From a virus (taxonomy: Duplodnaviria > Heunggongvirae > Uroviricota > Caudoviricetes): a stretch of 64,000 nt of DNA. The notes under the pieces were generated by a model. The model saw only the letters and a program-made list of their open reading frames with translations, did no database searches and was not told where the DNA came from. Position 1 is the stretch's first letter, and each line of letters starts with the position of its first letter. Location of the stretch: IMG/VR virus record IMGVR_UViG_3300026302_000005, positions 64,001 through 128,000 of that record. One strand, written 5' to 3'. Positions 1-10,013 of this stretch are shown here, piece after piece. A program made the translations under genes and the position numbers.

Positions 1-460
1 CCAGGGAATTCAGTTCGGCCAGACGAGTGGCATTGATCAGGAAGCTTTGGAACTTACCGTTGATTTCAGCCAACAGGTATGGGTCATCGGGATCGGTCAC
101 ACCGCGATCCTCACGTTCCCGACGATATGCTGCAATCTCTTCACGAAGGAGGATCAGTGAATCGATTAGGGCCTGTCGCTCTCTAGCTTCTGCCTCTGAC
201 AGACCGCGTGGGTCGGACTGTCCGATAATGACATCTCGGGGGGTTGATCCACGGATAGCCTCTGCGGCAGCAACAATGTCTTCATACGTGTTGGCCCGGT
301 CGATGGACTCCAGGAAATCATAGGAGAAGCCCCGACGGATCATGTCGGCATAGGCTGACATAGAGAAGCTGGCACCAAGAGAGTTGACGTTATAGGGTCC
401 GCTCAGATACCCGAACGGATTAGGACCAACGCTGAACGTATTGACGCCACCACAACTCAT
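1..460 (-). CDS. Partial (runs off window) probable baseplate/structural protein; missing from the ORF track
   Basis: ATG at 460 overlaps the stop of the upstream gene (ATGA). The frame MSCGGVNTFSVGPNPFGY... stays open to the window edge. It lies in a baseplate operon. Confidence 0.7.
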   Translation of the reverse strand, partial: MSCGGVNTFSVGPNPFGYLSGPYNVNSLGASFSMSAYADMIRRGFSYDFLESIDRANTYEDIVAAAEAIRGSTPRDVIIGQSDPRGLSEAEARERQALIDSLILLREEIAAYRREREDRGVTDPDDPYLLAEINGKFQSFLINATRLAELNSL

Positions 461-765
461 AGGATACTCCGGATGTAGTGTGGGGCCGGGATGTAAAAGG
501 GCACTCCCATTTTGAGATCGTATACCGGGTCCTGCCATCCATTACGAACCCCAAACACCCACCAGAGGTCAGGATCGGAATAGATGTCGTTGGCCAATCG
601 ATCTGGTCTGGACACGTAGATTTGATTGTCCATGGTTACCAGAACATCATCCTGTTGTTCGGCGATCTGCCGATGCACGTAGTAGCCCATGAAGGCACCG
701 GTAACCGGGGTTACTCGGTATGGAGATGCTGCTGCATATGACGGGGTATAATTCTGAACCGGCAT
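457..765 (-). CDS. Baseplate wedge protein, T4 gp53-like (LysM-like)
   Basis: RPDRLANDIYSDPDLWWVFGVRN...IP motif typical of gp53/P2 gpX-like proteins. Start reassigned to MPVQNY. Confidence 0.8.
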   Translation of the reverse strand: MPVQNYTPSYAAASPYRVTPVTGAFMGYYVHRQIAEQQDDVLVTMDNQIYVSRPDRLANDIYSDPDLWWVFGVRNGWQDPVYDLKMGVPFYIPAPHYIRSIL

Positions 766-766
766 G

Positions 767-1600
767 TTAGAATGCTCCCGAGGTGCTGAATGAAGTGTTG
801 GTCCCCGGCGTCCCCGAGTTGATCTGATGGAATGTGCCATTACCACGAGACAGCATGGCACCGGACCAGTAATCATCGAGGGAGAAGTTCGTCCAGTAGG
901 CCGGGGCATGCTGAACAATCAGACTGATCGAACTGACCGTGAACTTGACAGGAAGCCAGGTATACTTACCAGATGCACTTCTATTGGTTTGAAGAGTGCC
1001 CGTGGCGAACTCCTCCGTGCCGGGTTCCGGAACACCAACGTAATCGATGTCATTGGGGAATGACCAGTCAGCCTTCTCCATCAGGCAGGGAACACGGTTG
1101 AACGCATAGTTTCCATAGGCGGAAAACCACATCGGGCTTGGGGGACGACCGGATTTGAATCGACCGAAGTCCATGAAGCTGTAGCTGCGGAAGAAATGGA
1201 GGACCGACAACATATAGACGGCGTTTGAAAACGTGTCCGCTGTCCACACGGCATCCGAGATGGTGATTCGAACGTTATCGGTGCTTTTGTATGCATTGAA
1301 CGATTCGTTCGTATGTGTCAGTTCGATGGCATCGTATTTGACGTTGATCCCCTCGGAGATCGAGGGATTGTAGGGGAAAATCACACCACCGGTTTGGATA
1401 ACCGGGGACAGTGGATGGGCTGCTGCAAGGGCCCCACTGGCAACTGGAAATTGGAACGGAGTTAGCATCGCGTAAACGTGTTCGAACGCATATGACAGAG
1501 ATGAACTCGCAAATCCGTCATCCTGTTCGGATTCCAGTTCAATATCCGACAACAGCGATCCCGTGGTCAGGGCGGTGGTATAGGTGGACGTATCTGTCAT
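767..1600 (-). CDS. Baseplate/tail-tube initiator-like protein (gp48/gp54-like)
   Basis: GGVIFPYNP, THTN and G-x-PP...FSAYG motifs; TAAATA upstream; adjacent to the gp53-like gene. Confidence 0.6.
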   Translation of the reverse strand: MTDTSTYTTALTTGSLLSDIELESEQDDGFASSSLSYAFEHVYAMLTPFQFPVASGALAAAHPLSPVIQTGGVIFPYNPSISEGINVKYDAIELTHTNESFNAYKSTDNVRITISDAVWTADTFSNAVYMLSVLHFFRSYSFMDFGRFKSGRPPSPMWFSAYGNYAFNRVPCLMEKADWSFPNDIDYVGVPEPGTEEFATGTLQTNRSASGKYTWLPVKFTVSSISLIVQHAPAYWTNFSLDDYWSGAMLSRGNGTFHQINSGTPGTNTSFSTSGAF

Positions 1601-1618
1601 GTGTATGGTCTCCTCGAA

Positions 1619-1624
1619 TATTTA
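1619..1624 (-). promoter_or_regulatory. Late promoter box TAAATA
   Basis: TAAATA on the - strand, followed by a GAGGAG SD and the ATG at 1600. Confidence 0.75.
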
Positions 1625-1734
1625 CCGTGGGCCAAGCTTGATTTTTGTGTATTACAGACTAGAGAATCCATCGACTCTCATAGATGTAGATCACCGGGGT
1701 CTAAAAACAACAAAAGAGTGGGAACAGACACTAC

Positions 1735-2406
1735 ATGACGACGATTAAGCCCCCCAAGGACTACCTGCACAACTCCAACCTTCTCAGAGAGATTTTACTG
1801 AGTCAGAAAGAACAAGAGCGGTTTCCGGAAGAAGAGCGGGATGATCGGGCAGTAGAGTGCCTGACCCCCACCCTGGTTCGGATGATCATGGAGCTTGTAT
1901 CCCGTTACGCGACCAGTTACAGATGGCGGGGTTACACATGGATCGAGGACATGGAATCGGAAGCGGTTCTGAGTTTGTGCCGGGTGGCATTGAAGTTCAA
2001 TCTGGAGAAAGCCGGAGAATATCCCAACCCGTTCGGTTACTATACCCAGATCGTCAAGCGGGTGTTTTTGACCTACATCGAGCGTGAGAAGAAGCAGGGT
2101 AAGATACGAGATGATATCATCGAGATGTCAGACACCGATCTCCTCCCATCATTTGCTCGACAGAACGAGGGGGAAGATAGCCAACTGGATGGCACACAGG
2201 CTGTCGTAGCCGATCCCAAACTCCGCCGTCGATCAACCATGAAGAAGATCAAGGTTACCAAAGAGGACGATACCTCGAACATGACCGCAGCCGAACAGAA
2301 AGCCTGGATGGACAAGAAGATCGGTGAGTTCCGGGAAAAGCAGGAAGCGGATGCCCGAATAGCAGCCATGACGCAAGACATCATTGATAACCGAAAAGAC
2401 AGTTGA
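1735..2406 (+). CDS. gp55: Late-transcription sigma factor, T4 gp55-like
   Basis: YL.N..L, WRGYTW.EDM..EA and NPFGYYTQI...F...I.REKKQ motifs; gp55-gp47-gp46 synteny. Confidence 0.88.
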   Translation: MTTIKPPKDYLHNSNLLREILLSQKEQERFPEEERDDRAVECLTPTLVRMIMELVSRYATSYRWRGYTWIEDMESEAVLSLCRVALKFNLEKAGEYPNPFGYYTQIVKRVFLTYIEREKKQGKIRDDIIEMSDTDLLPSFARQNEGEDSQLDGTQAVVADPKLRRRSTMKKIKVTKEDDTSNMTAAEQKAWMDKKIGEFREKQEADARIAAMTQDIIDNRKDS

Positions 2407-2453
2407 CAAGCATCTGGTGATAGACTAGACCATCCTCAAAAGGAGGACCTGTC

Positions 2454-2801
2454 ATGAGCCCTGTTTTCTCAGAAGTCCACGCAGACATCAAGCTACTCGC
2501 CACATCCGTATTCATCTCCGGGATGGCATATGGATCAGGTGCCATCAGTTGGCTGAACGACTGGTTTCTGGCATCCACGACCCTACCACGGGAAATCGAC
2601 AACGTGTGGATCATCGGGTTCATCGTGGCCCTGTTCATGATGATCATCCGCAGAACCACCAGCCCCCGCAAAGATCAATCCTATGAGATGCCGGAAATGG
2701 TGGTCGATGGCATTCTGGCATTCTCGTGGCCCGGAACCCTCATGGTGATGTTTGTCGCGATGTTCGGCCAAGCCCCACTCCGTCACTTCGAAGCGAACTG
2801 A
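2454..2801 (+). CDS. Hypothetical membrane protein
   Basis: AGGAGG SD; three hydrophobic segments. Confidence 0.65.
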   Translation: MSPVFSEVHADIKLLATSVFISGMAYGSGAISWLNDWFLASTTLPREIDNVWIIGFIVALFMMIIRRTTSPRKDQSYEMPEMVVDGILAFSWPGTLMVMFVAMFGQAPLRHFEAN

Positions 2802-2802
2802 T

Positions 2803-3849
2803 ATGCCGTTGTTCAAGACTGCTGCCGTATTCGGCGATATCCATTTTGGTGATCGTTCCGATAGTCCGGTCCACAACCAGGACTGTATGAATTACATCGA
2901 TTGGTTCTGTGAGCAGGCAGCAGCCGCCGAAGCCGACCGCATCCTGTTCCTGGGTGATTGGTTCGACAACCAATCGCGTCTCCGCCTGGATACCCACTAC
3001 TACGGAACAACCGCCTTGAAGCGGCTGCTTGAGGTCGCACCGGTCGAGATGCTGGTGGGTAACCATGACATGTTCTTCAAGCACTCCCGTGACATTCACT
3101 CCATATGTGCCTATGAGATGTGGCCGAACGTCCGGGTCCACAACCGATGCACCATCCTGGATGGGGTTGGATTGGTTCCATTCCTGGTTGGGACCGAGTA
3201 TCTGGAAGTCATCCAGATGGAAGCCAAATATCTGTTCGGACATTTCGAGCTTCCTCGGTTCTTGACAAACGCAACCATCGAATTCCGCGACACCGGACAG
3301 TTCAACTCCGATCAACTGATGGCACCCGAGATGGTGTTCTCCGGCCACTTCCACAAACGCCAGGTCAAGACCAACCGGACTGGGGTGCCAGTCTGGTATA
3401 TCGGCAACCCGTTCGGCCATGACTTCAATGATGTTGGTGACACTGAGCGTGGGATGATGGTGCTTCGGTGGGGTGAGCAACCGCAGTTCATCGACTGGCA
3501 GCAAGGCCCGCTCTATCAACGCTTCATCGCCAGCGATGTGGTGTCTATGCTGGAGAGCAAGACTCTGCAAGAGAATACCCGGCCAACCAGCATCCTGGAA
3601 ATCAAGGACGATGTTGGTCTGGAACTGGAAGATGTGAACCTGATTCGTCAAGAACTATCTCTGTTGGTTCGTGAAACCCGACTGATTCCCCGCAGCAATA
3701 CCGCTGGTATTGAGGATAGCGACGTGGTATCCGATCTCAACGGACAGAGCTTGGAAGATATCGTGGTTGGACAACTCGAAAAGATCGATCCGCATGGTTC
3801 TGACATCGATCCCAAGGTCCTTGTCGGCTTGTTCAAGGGTGATCGCTGA
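2803..3849 (+). CDS. gp47: Recombination nuclease, Mre11/SbcD/gp47-like
   Basis: GDIHFG, LGDWFD, GNHD, GHF and SGHFH metallophosphoesterase motifs. Start at MPLFK. Confidence 0.92.
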   Translation: MPLFKTAAVFGDIHFGDRSDSPVHNQDCMNYIDWFCEQAAAAEADRILFLGDWFDNQSRLRLDTHYYGTTALKRLLEVAPVEMLVGNHDMFFKHSRDIHSICAYEMWPNVRVHNRCTILDGVGLVPFLVGTEYLEVIQMEAKYLFGHFELPRFLTNATIEFRDTGQFNSDQLMAPEMVFSGHFHKRQVKTNRTGVPVWYIGNPFGHDFNDVGDTERGMMVLRWGEQPQFIDWQQGPLYQRFIASDVVSMLESKTLQENTRPTSILEIKDDVGLELEDVNLIRQELSLLVRETRLIPRSNTAGIEDSDVVSDLNGQSLEDIVVGQLEKIDPHGSDIDPKVLVGLFKGDR

Positions 3850-5741
3850 TGTATGATCGTATCCAATTCAATACCGTGACCATTCAGAACTTTCTGTCGT
3901 TCGGGCCCAACCCAACGGTGATCGATCTGCGTGGGGATCACATCACGGTGGTTCTCGGACTGAACCACGACACCGGTGGGGATGAGTCCCGCAACGGCGT
4001 GGGAAAATCGGCACTGATCGATGCCATCAGCTATTGCATCTTCGGTCAGTCTGTCCGTGGTATCAGCAACCAGGCACTGGTCAACAAGATGGCCCGCAAG
4101 GGTCAGGGTATGCTGGTCACGCTGGAACTGGACACCCCATCGGGGTCATTCCGAATCGAGCGGGGTGAGGCTCCCTCGAAGCTGCGGCTGTTCCACAAAG
4201 AGATCGAGAACACCGATAGCTTCCTGGCCCGTGATGGCACCAAATTCATCTACGAGGTCACCAAGAGCAAAGCAGAGACCCTGGACGTCATCAAGGACAT
4301 CCTGGGCTTCGACATCACCCTGTTCAGCTTTCTGGTCGCCAACTCATCCGAATCAGATGCGTTCATGAAACTCCCCGAGGGGCAGAAGCGAGAGGTCGCT
4401 GAACGTCTCATGGGGCTCAACCTTCTGACGCAGCGGGCAGAAGCTCTCAAAGAGGATCGCAAGGACAAGAAGCGTGATCTGGTGGCACAGGAGTCGGCTG
4501 TTGAAGCCACCCGACAGGCCAACCGTCGGATCGAGCAGCAAATCCAGGACCTACAGGACAAAGAGCGTCGGTGGGATGAAGATCGTTCCCGGCAAATGGA
4601 TACGATCCTGAGCTACATCAACAAGATGTCGGCGGTTGATATCCAAGAACAGATCGAACTGCTTGAGATGCTGACCGAGTTGGATGGCGAAACCAAGCGG
4701 GTGGCCGCAAGCCGCCGAGAAGCCAACATGAAGCTGACCGAGGCTCGTCGAAATCTGTCAGACCTGGATAGAGAGATCACCGAAGCGGCAAATCGTATGC
4801 ATCAGATCGGGGCTGAAAAGCGCAAGATCGAAGCATGCATCTGTCCTACGTGTAACCAGCACTGGGTGGCAGACCCATCGGTGTTGGAGAAGATCAATGC
4901 CGAGATCGACGATCTCAGCGATCTGTCCGAAGAGTCGGTTGGAATTCTAGATAAGGCCCGTGAAGACGTTGCGGCTGCGGATGACGTGGTGAAGCAGATC
5001 GACCTGGAAGATGCCGGTATCAAAGAGATGCTGCAAGAGGCCAAGGGGTTCACGCCGGTATTCCGGGACGTGGCCGAAGCCAGTGCCGTTGGTGCCAAAC
5101 TGGAATCCCAGCGTGAGTTACTGGCACAGCTTGAAGCCGCAGCAAACCCCCACTCGGATACCGTCAAGGGTCTCAACACCCATGCCATCAAACAGGTAGA
5201 CGACACCGAGGTCCAGGACCTACGTCGGTTGATTCGGCACTACGATTACCTGATCGAACTACTGCAATCCAAAGACAGCTTCCTGCGTAAGGTGGTCATC
5301 GATCAGTGGCTACCCAGACTGAATGGCCGTATCGCCCACTATCTGGAAACCCTGGAACTACCTTACACGGTGAGGTTGGAAAACGACCTATCCATGACGA
5401 TTTCAGACTTCGGTCAGGAATTCGTCTGGGGTAACCTCAGCAAGGGACAGCGGCAACGGGTGACCATCGCGTTGAACCTGGCGTTCCAGGACCTGTTTGA
5501 GGCAACCAACCACCCGCTCAGTCTGTTGATGATCGACGAACTGATTGACTCCGGTATCTGCAATCGTGGGGCCAATCAGACCCTGTTGGCTCTTCGGGAG
5601 TCGGCAGCACAGAAAAACAAGCGGATATTCTTGATCACCCACCGTATGGACATCGCCGACCAGATCGATGATGTTATGCTGGTGGAGATGAAAAACCGAA
5701 TCAGTAGTATCGCACAAATCGGAGATGATGATGAGTCTTAG
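3849..5741 (+). CDS. gp46: Recombination ATPase, Rad50/SbcC/gp46-like
   Basis: NFLSFG, Walker A NGVGKS, CPTC zinc hook in coiled coil, LSKGQ signature, IDE Walker B, ITH. Confidence 0.93.
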   Translation: MYDRIQFNTVTIQNFLSFGPNPTVIDLRGDHITVVLGLNHDTGGDESRNGVGKSALIDAISYCIFGQSVRGISNQALVNKMARKGQGMLVTLELDTPSGSFRIERGEAPSKLRLFHKEIENTDSFLARDGTKFIYEVTKSKAETLDVIKDILGFDITLFSFLVANSSESDAFMKLPEGQKREVAERLMGLNLLTQRAEALKEDRKDKKRDLVAQESAVEATRQANRRIEQQIQDLQDKERRWDEDRSRQMDTILSYINKMSAVDIQEQIELLEMLTELDGETKRVAASRREANMKLTEARRNLSDLDREITEAANRMHQIGAEKRKIEACICPTCNQHWVADPSVLEKINAEIDDLSDLSEESVGILDKAREDVAAADDVVKQIDLEDAGIKEMLQEAKGFTPVFRDVAEASAVGAKLESQRELLAQLEAAANPHSDTVKGLNTHAIKQVDDTEVQDLRRLIRHYDYLIELLQSKDSFLRKVVIDQWLPRLNGRIAHYLETLELPYTVRLENDLSMTISDFGQEFVWGNLSKGQRQRVTIALNLAFQDLFEATNHPLSLLMIDELIDSGICNRGANQTLLALRESAAQKNKRIFLITHRMDIADQIDDVMLVEMKNRISSIAQIGDDDES

Positions 5742-6003
5742 AATCCAGTTTCTGGGATATGCAGTAGTCGCTGTGGGGTTCACCGCATTTGGCTATGTGG
5801 GTGGACAGTATGATCTTCGGAATGGTCCAGACCACCTGGTAGACCCGGACCAGTATGAGGTCATGATCGGTCCCGAGGATACGCCGGAATGCCAAATCAC
5901 GGCAACCCTGTCGGTATGGGCTGATATGAACCGGATGGGAACCTGGAAGTGGCCAGTAGCGTGTGTGGCCGCGTTGGAAGAGCTTGGAGAGGATGACCTA
6001 TGA
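5725..6003 (+). CDS. Hypothetical protein with N-terminal TM segment
   Basis: Translationally coupled ORF with a hydrophobic N-terminus. Confidence 0.55.
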   Translation: MMMSLRIQFLGYAVVAVGFTAFGYVGGQYDLRNGPDHLVDPDQYEVMIGPEDTPECQITATLSVWADMNRMGTWKWPVACVAALEELGEDDL

Positions 6004-6575
6004 CCGATATCACCCACACGATCACCGTCAAAACCCAGACCGTATATTCGATTCGCAACCAGCATGAGTGGGCCGATATCTCCATCAGCCATGGCAGTAA
6101 ATCCAATGGTATGCATCCATGCAACTGGGTCCACGTGACCATTGCATCCTCGTTCCGTGCGATGTCGTATTTCTGGAACAACATCGGCTCCCAACACTGG
6201 GCGGATTTCCTACACGATCCTCGTGAGAAGTCCTACATGATGGAGAAGCTGATAGGAAGTCGTGAGAGTATGCAGGACTGGGATGGCCCTGGCTCCATGG
6301 AGGCGGCTCGCAGCTATCTCCTGGAGCAGCGGAAGCAAACCAACATCACCCGGTGTGAAGCCCGTGATGCATGGGATGATCTATCCTGGGTCGATACCGA
6401 GTTGGGCCCCGATATGTTTGTAGATCAGCTTGGTCGGGTTGAGTTCTTTCGTGATGAACCGTGGTGTTGGCTTCGCTACAAAGAGAAGCCGTGGATCGAT
6501 AACTTCTGGAAAACATTGTGGGTTCCGTTCACAACATCTCTGGTTTCAGACCTCCGACTGCGGAATGCCGCCTGA
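6000..6575 (+). CDS. Hypothetical phage protein
   Basis: ATGA overlap, SD GAGGA, Trp-rich. Confidence 0.65.
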   Translation: MTDITHTITVKTQTVYSIRNQHEWADISISHGSKSNGMHPCNWVHVTIASSFRAMSYFWNNIGSQHWADFLHDPREKSYMMEKLIGSRESMQDWDGPGSMEAARSYLLEQRKQTNITRCEARDAWDDLSWVDTELGPDMFVDQLGRVEFFRDEPWCWLRYKEKPWIDNFWKTLWVPFTTSLVSDLRLRNAA

Positions 6576-6584
6576 TCTAGCTGC

Positions 6585-6613
6585 TTGACATATCAGGATA
6601 AACCTGGTATAAG
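6585..6613 (+). promoter_or_regulatory. Host sigma70-type early promoter
   Basis: TTGACA-17 nt-TATAAG, with TG-n extended -10. Confidence 0.7.
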
Positions 6614-6639
6614 AGGACATCCACAGCAGGAGTCCTCTC

Positions 6640-7482
6640 ATGGCGCATCGTGATTTCTCCCTCGGTCACCCCCGGTGGCAGACCAAACCCACCTGCAAGA
6701 TCATCAATGAACGTCAGCACCCCACATCGGGCTGGGTCAGTATCGTCGAGTCGATGATCCCGCAAACCCGCAGGGGTTTCTTCGTATGCGTTCGTGAACA
6801 TCGCCGTTCCCGGGTATTGACGATCATCCAGCCCAAGGTCTGGAAGTGGTCGAATGGGATGGACGACATCGACAAGGCGTTCTTTGCTGAATGGGAAGAC
6901 GGCTGGGGGTTTGATGATGACTTCGCAGCGGCACAAGCCTATCAGCTTCATGTGCTGAATACCGATGATCACCCGGGCACCCCACAGGTCATCGCGGTCA
7001 GAAGTCGTGCAGTGGATTCTCAGCGATCCAAAGTCTACGCATGGGAAAAGCCCTTCTACCGGTCGGGCTCGCAGCGGATGACCAAGGCCGAGATGACGGC
7101 GTTCATCCAACAGATCGAGGCGGATTTCCATGGGGTATCGCAGTTCAAGAAACTGCGGGTTCGGCTATCCTTCAACCGGCGTGGTGGAAGCTTCCAACGT
7201 GGTCTGACCGAGGTCAACATCGCTCCCTCTCAGATGAACCGTGATGTTGCCGTCCATGAGATGGCGCATTGGGTGGTATCGAACATGTTCCCGAAGGAAG
7301 AGCACTCCGGGCATGGGTCGATGTTCGTTGGGATTTTCATGCTGATGCTGGAACACTACCAGGGATGCTGCTTGACTGACATGATCAATGCTGCTATCAA
7401 ACAGAAGATCAAGTTCGAGTTTCCGGAAGGTGGTTTGAAGAAATACCTTCACCCGGCAGTGGAAGAAAGGATGGCAGCATGA
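6640..7482 (+). CDS. Zincin (HEXXH) metallopeptidase-domain protein, SprT-like
   Basis: VHEMAHW...HSGHGSMF motif; AGGAG SD. Confidence 0.65.
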   Translation: MAHRDFSLGHPRWQTKPTCKIINERQHPTSGWVSIVESMIPQTRRGFFVCVREHRRSRVLTIIQPKVWKWSNGMDDIDKAFFAEWEDGWGFDDDFAAAQAYQLHVLNTDDHPGTPQVIAVRSRAVDSQRSKVYAWEKPFYRSGSQRMTKAEMTAFIQQIEADFHGVSQFKKLRVRLSFNRRGGSFQRGLTEVNIAPSQMNRDVAVHEMAHWVVSNMFPKEEHSGHGSMFVGIFMLMLEHYQGCCLTDMINAAIKQKIKFEFPEGGLKKYLHPAVEERMAA

Positions 7483-7850
7483 CTTCAATCGATGGTGGTC
7501 CAAAACCGACCAAGCTTTATCCAACCACTCCACAGCGCAGCAAGAAGGTATGCGCTAACTGCGTATTCTTCGCCCGATACGATTGGACGATAATCCGGGA
7601 CACGCTCGATAAGCACGGACACTCCGGAGAGACCAAAGACCAGTATTGGAAATCCTTTTCCGGACCGGATGGTCGATGTTTGAAGCGGAACCTCCGGACT
7701 CCCGATACAGACTGGTGTAAAGAATGGTCAGAGCGAGAGCCTCTTACCTATTCGACATGGCCCACATCTATGAGCGAGGCCAGCGAATCCGGACTGTTCA
7801 ACCCGCCCAAGCTGTATGACGGGCCCAAGAAACCCAAGGAGACCAAGTGA
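7479..7850 (+). CDS. Hypothetical Cys-containing protein
   Basis: CANC..GRC..WC; ATGA overlap. Confidence 0.6.
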   Translation: MTSIDGGPKPTKLYPTTPQRSKKVCANCVFFARYDWTIIRDTLDKHGHSGETKDQYWKSFSGPDGRCLKRNLRTPDTDWCKEWSEREPLTYSTWPTSMSEASESGLFNPPKLYDGPKKPKETK

Positions 7851-8149
7851 TGTTGGTTGGTCAGGAATACGATGAGGATCAGTTCCAGCGTGATGTGCGG
7901 CTGATCTTGAATGAGCGTGGATATTGGAAGCAGTGGGGTTTCTTCATGATCCGGGCCTATGATGATGACGTGATCTCATTGACCGACCATGTGGGTATGA
8001 TTACCATGGTGGATGTCAGGGATCGTGCCAACCCCAGCACCACTGATCAGGTGCAGTTTGCGATTGTCGCTGATGCCACTCCTTTGATCAAAGATCACGT
8101 CCTCCGGCTCGCCGTGAAAATTTCTGACGAGATGCACGAACCCGCATAA
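7847..8149 (+). CDS. Hypothetical protein
   Basis: AAGGAG SD; coupled start. Confidence 0.6.
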   Translation: MMLVGQEYDEDQFQRDVRLILNERGYWKQWGFFMIRAYDDDVISLTDHVGMITMVDVRDRANPSTTDQVQFAIVADATPLIKDHVLRLAVKISDEMHEPA

Positions 8150-8187
8150 CCTATCCACTTCCATTCGACCGGTTTCTAAATACCGGT

Positions 8188-8679
8188 ATGAAAGTCATGG
8201 GTATCGATCCTGGCCTCTCCGGGGGCATTGCATTCTACGATGGAACCACTCTTGAAGTGGTCGCCACTCCTGTTCTGGTGGAAGAGTTCATCAAGAACGG
8301 AAAGAAGTCTACCCGCAACCTGATGAACCTACCGGTGGTTCGAGACCTGATCCTTCATCACAAACCAGATCGGGCTGTGCTGGAGAAAGTCGCTGCTCGA
8401 TCCGGCCAGGGTGTCACCAGCATGTTCCGATTCGGGATGAACTTCGGTGAACACCGGGGGATCATGTCGGCTCTGGCAATTCCATTTATCGAGGTCACTC
8501 CCCAAACCTGGAAGAAAGACTACCGGTTGAACTCCGATAAGGATGACAGCCTTGATCTGGCCCGAGAAGTCTTTCCGGATCACGCCAAAACCAGTTTTCG
8601 ATTGAAGAAGCACGATGGCCTTGCCGAAGCGGCCCTGATCGCAAAATTCGGCTTTGACAACCCTAAAACATTCGAGTAG
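8188..8679 (+). CDS. ruvC: RuvC-like Holliday junction resolvase
   Basis: GIDPGLSGG, LEKV, GVTSMFRFG, PQTWKK and DGLAEAALIA motifs. Confidence 0.88.
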   Translation: MKVMGIDPGLSGGIAFYDGTTLEVVATPVLVEEFIKNGKKSTRNLMNLPVVRDLILHHKPDRAVLEKVAARSGQGVTSMFRFGMNFGEHRGIMSALAIPFIEVTPQTWKKDYRLNSDKDDSLDLAREVFPDHAKTSFRLKKHDGLAEAALIAKFGFDNPKTFE

Positions 8680-8680
8680 G

Positions 8681-9376
8681 ATGATTCCCATCAACAGGGA
8701 GTCGATGATGCTTTTCGCATATCAACAGAAGACCTACCAAATTCCCACGGAAATCGTGCAGAATGCGCTGATGCAGCAAGAGTTCAACGGCGCTGATCGA
8801 GAGTTCGCGGAACAGCGAATGAAGCAGTTTGCGGAGATCGCCGAAGACTGCATGACCGAGCGTGAGTTCGAAGTCAGGACAATGGAAGCCCTCACCATCG
8901 GTGACATGGGGAAGCTGTATTCTGGTCTCATCTGTAGTGCGTTCGAGTTCATCCGGGCCAACCATGATATCAGCAAGTGGGTGACTGACATTACCCCCAG
9001 CACAATGATCCATCACCTTCATGGGGTGGCAGGACAGGGGTTTGATGTCGATCAGGGGAAAATAGTCCGGTGCGAAGACTGCCGCATCGAAAGTATGGAA
9101 TACATGGAGGATGTGCGCCGTGCCAAGGAAATCAACAGACGGGAGACGGCTCCCATCGGAGATGACCTGGCATTCATGCTTCGCTTTGCCCTTCGTGAAG
9201 GTGGCGTGGACATCAATTCGCTGGGAGATGACAACCAGCCAGAGTTCCGACTGTTCATGAAGAACGATGCTGGTGAGCCGGTCGAAATGAGCATGGATGA
9301 GATCGCTACGATCATCTCCAAAGAGCAAAGAACTTTGCCAAAACCGACGCATTCTGTGACGCGCCGGTTGAACTAA
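8681..9376 (+). CDS. Hypothetical protein
   Basis: Long ORF with phage-like codon usage. Start MIPIN follows the ruvC stop. Confidence 0.65.
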   Translation: MIPINRESMMLFAYQQKTYQIPTEIVQNALMQQEFNGADREFAEQRMKQFAEIAEDCMTEREFEVRTMEALTIGDMGKLYSGLICSAFEFIRANHDISKWVTDITPSTMIHHLHGVAGQGFDVDQGKIVRCEDCRIESMEYMEDVRRAKEINRRETAPIGDDLAFMLRFALREGGVDINSLGDDNQPEFRLFMKNDAGEPVEMSMDEIATIISKEQRTLPKPTHSVTRRLN

Positions 9377-9425
9377 CCCACCCGAATCACCATATTCTTC
9401 TTGATGCGTGTCAAGGAGAATATGG

Positions 9426-10013
9426 ATGGAACTCACCAAAAGACCCAAACTATTGGTTATCGGCTACGCTCGCCACGGTAAAGACACTGTGGGCGAGCTT
9501 CTCCGTGACAAATATGGATTCAATTTCGTATCGTCGTCTGAGTTTGTCGGACGCGAGGTCATGTGGGACAACTGGGGCGTGGCCAAATATGCCGATTTCG
9601 ATGAGATGTTCACCGACCGGGTGAACCACCGGGTTCTGTGGATGGAGATGATCTCCGCCTATAACACCCCTGACAAGACCAAGACTGCTGCCACCATGTT
9701 CAGCCGGGGCTATGACCTGTATGTTGGAATGCGGCGTCTCGATGAGCTTCGGGCCTGCCAGGATCAAGGCGTCGTGGACTACGTGGTGTGGGTGGATGCA
9801 TCAAAACGGATGCCACCCGAAACCGGCTCCATGGACATCACCCTGGAAAACAGCAACGCAGATTTCGTCATCGACAACAACGGGGCGGTCGAAGACCTCC
9901 CGGCAGCGGTGGATCGGTTCATAGCCGAGGTGATGGATGCCATGGCGGTTCGGAATGCTCCGAAGATGACCAAGGCAGAAGAAAAAGAACTCCTACGGCA
10001 GGTGATGGCATGA
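9426..10013 (+). CDS. Deoxynucleoside monophosphate kinase-like P-loop protein
   Basis: IGYARHGKDT P-loop variant, GMRR..E, ADFVIDNNG; next to thyX. Confidence 0.7.
   Translation: MELTKRPKLLVIGYARHGKDTVGELLRDKYGFNFVSSSEFVGREVMWDNWGVAKYADFDEMFTDRVNHRVLWMEMISAYNTPDKTKTAATMFSRGYDLYVGMRRLDELRACQDQGVVDYVVWVDASKRMPPETGSMDITLENSNADFVIDNNGAVEDLPAAVDRFIAEVMDAMAVRNAPKMTKAEEKELLRQVMA

Noticed and set aside
2740-3651. Long antisense ORFs (also 20335-21276, 25142-26020, 43516-44313, 49800-50654, 61174-61947)
   Set aside because: They are shadows of well-supported genes on the opposite strand, caused by codon bias, and have no SD or motifs.
3641-3654. TGATTCGTCAAGAA matches the early promoter -35 block on the - strand
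   Set aside because: It lies inside the gp47 coding sequence and lacks the CCTGCTAT -10 block at 17 nt; probably chance.
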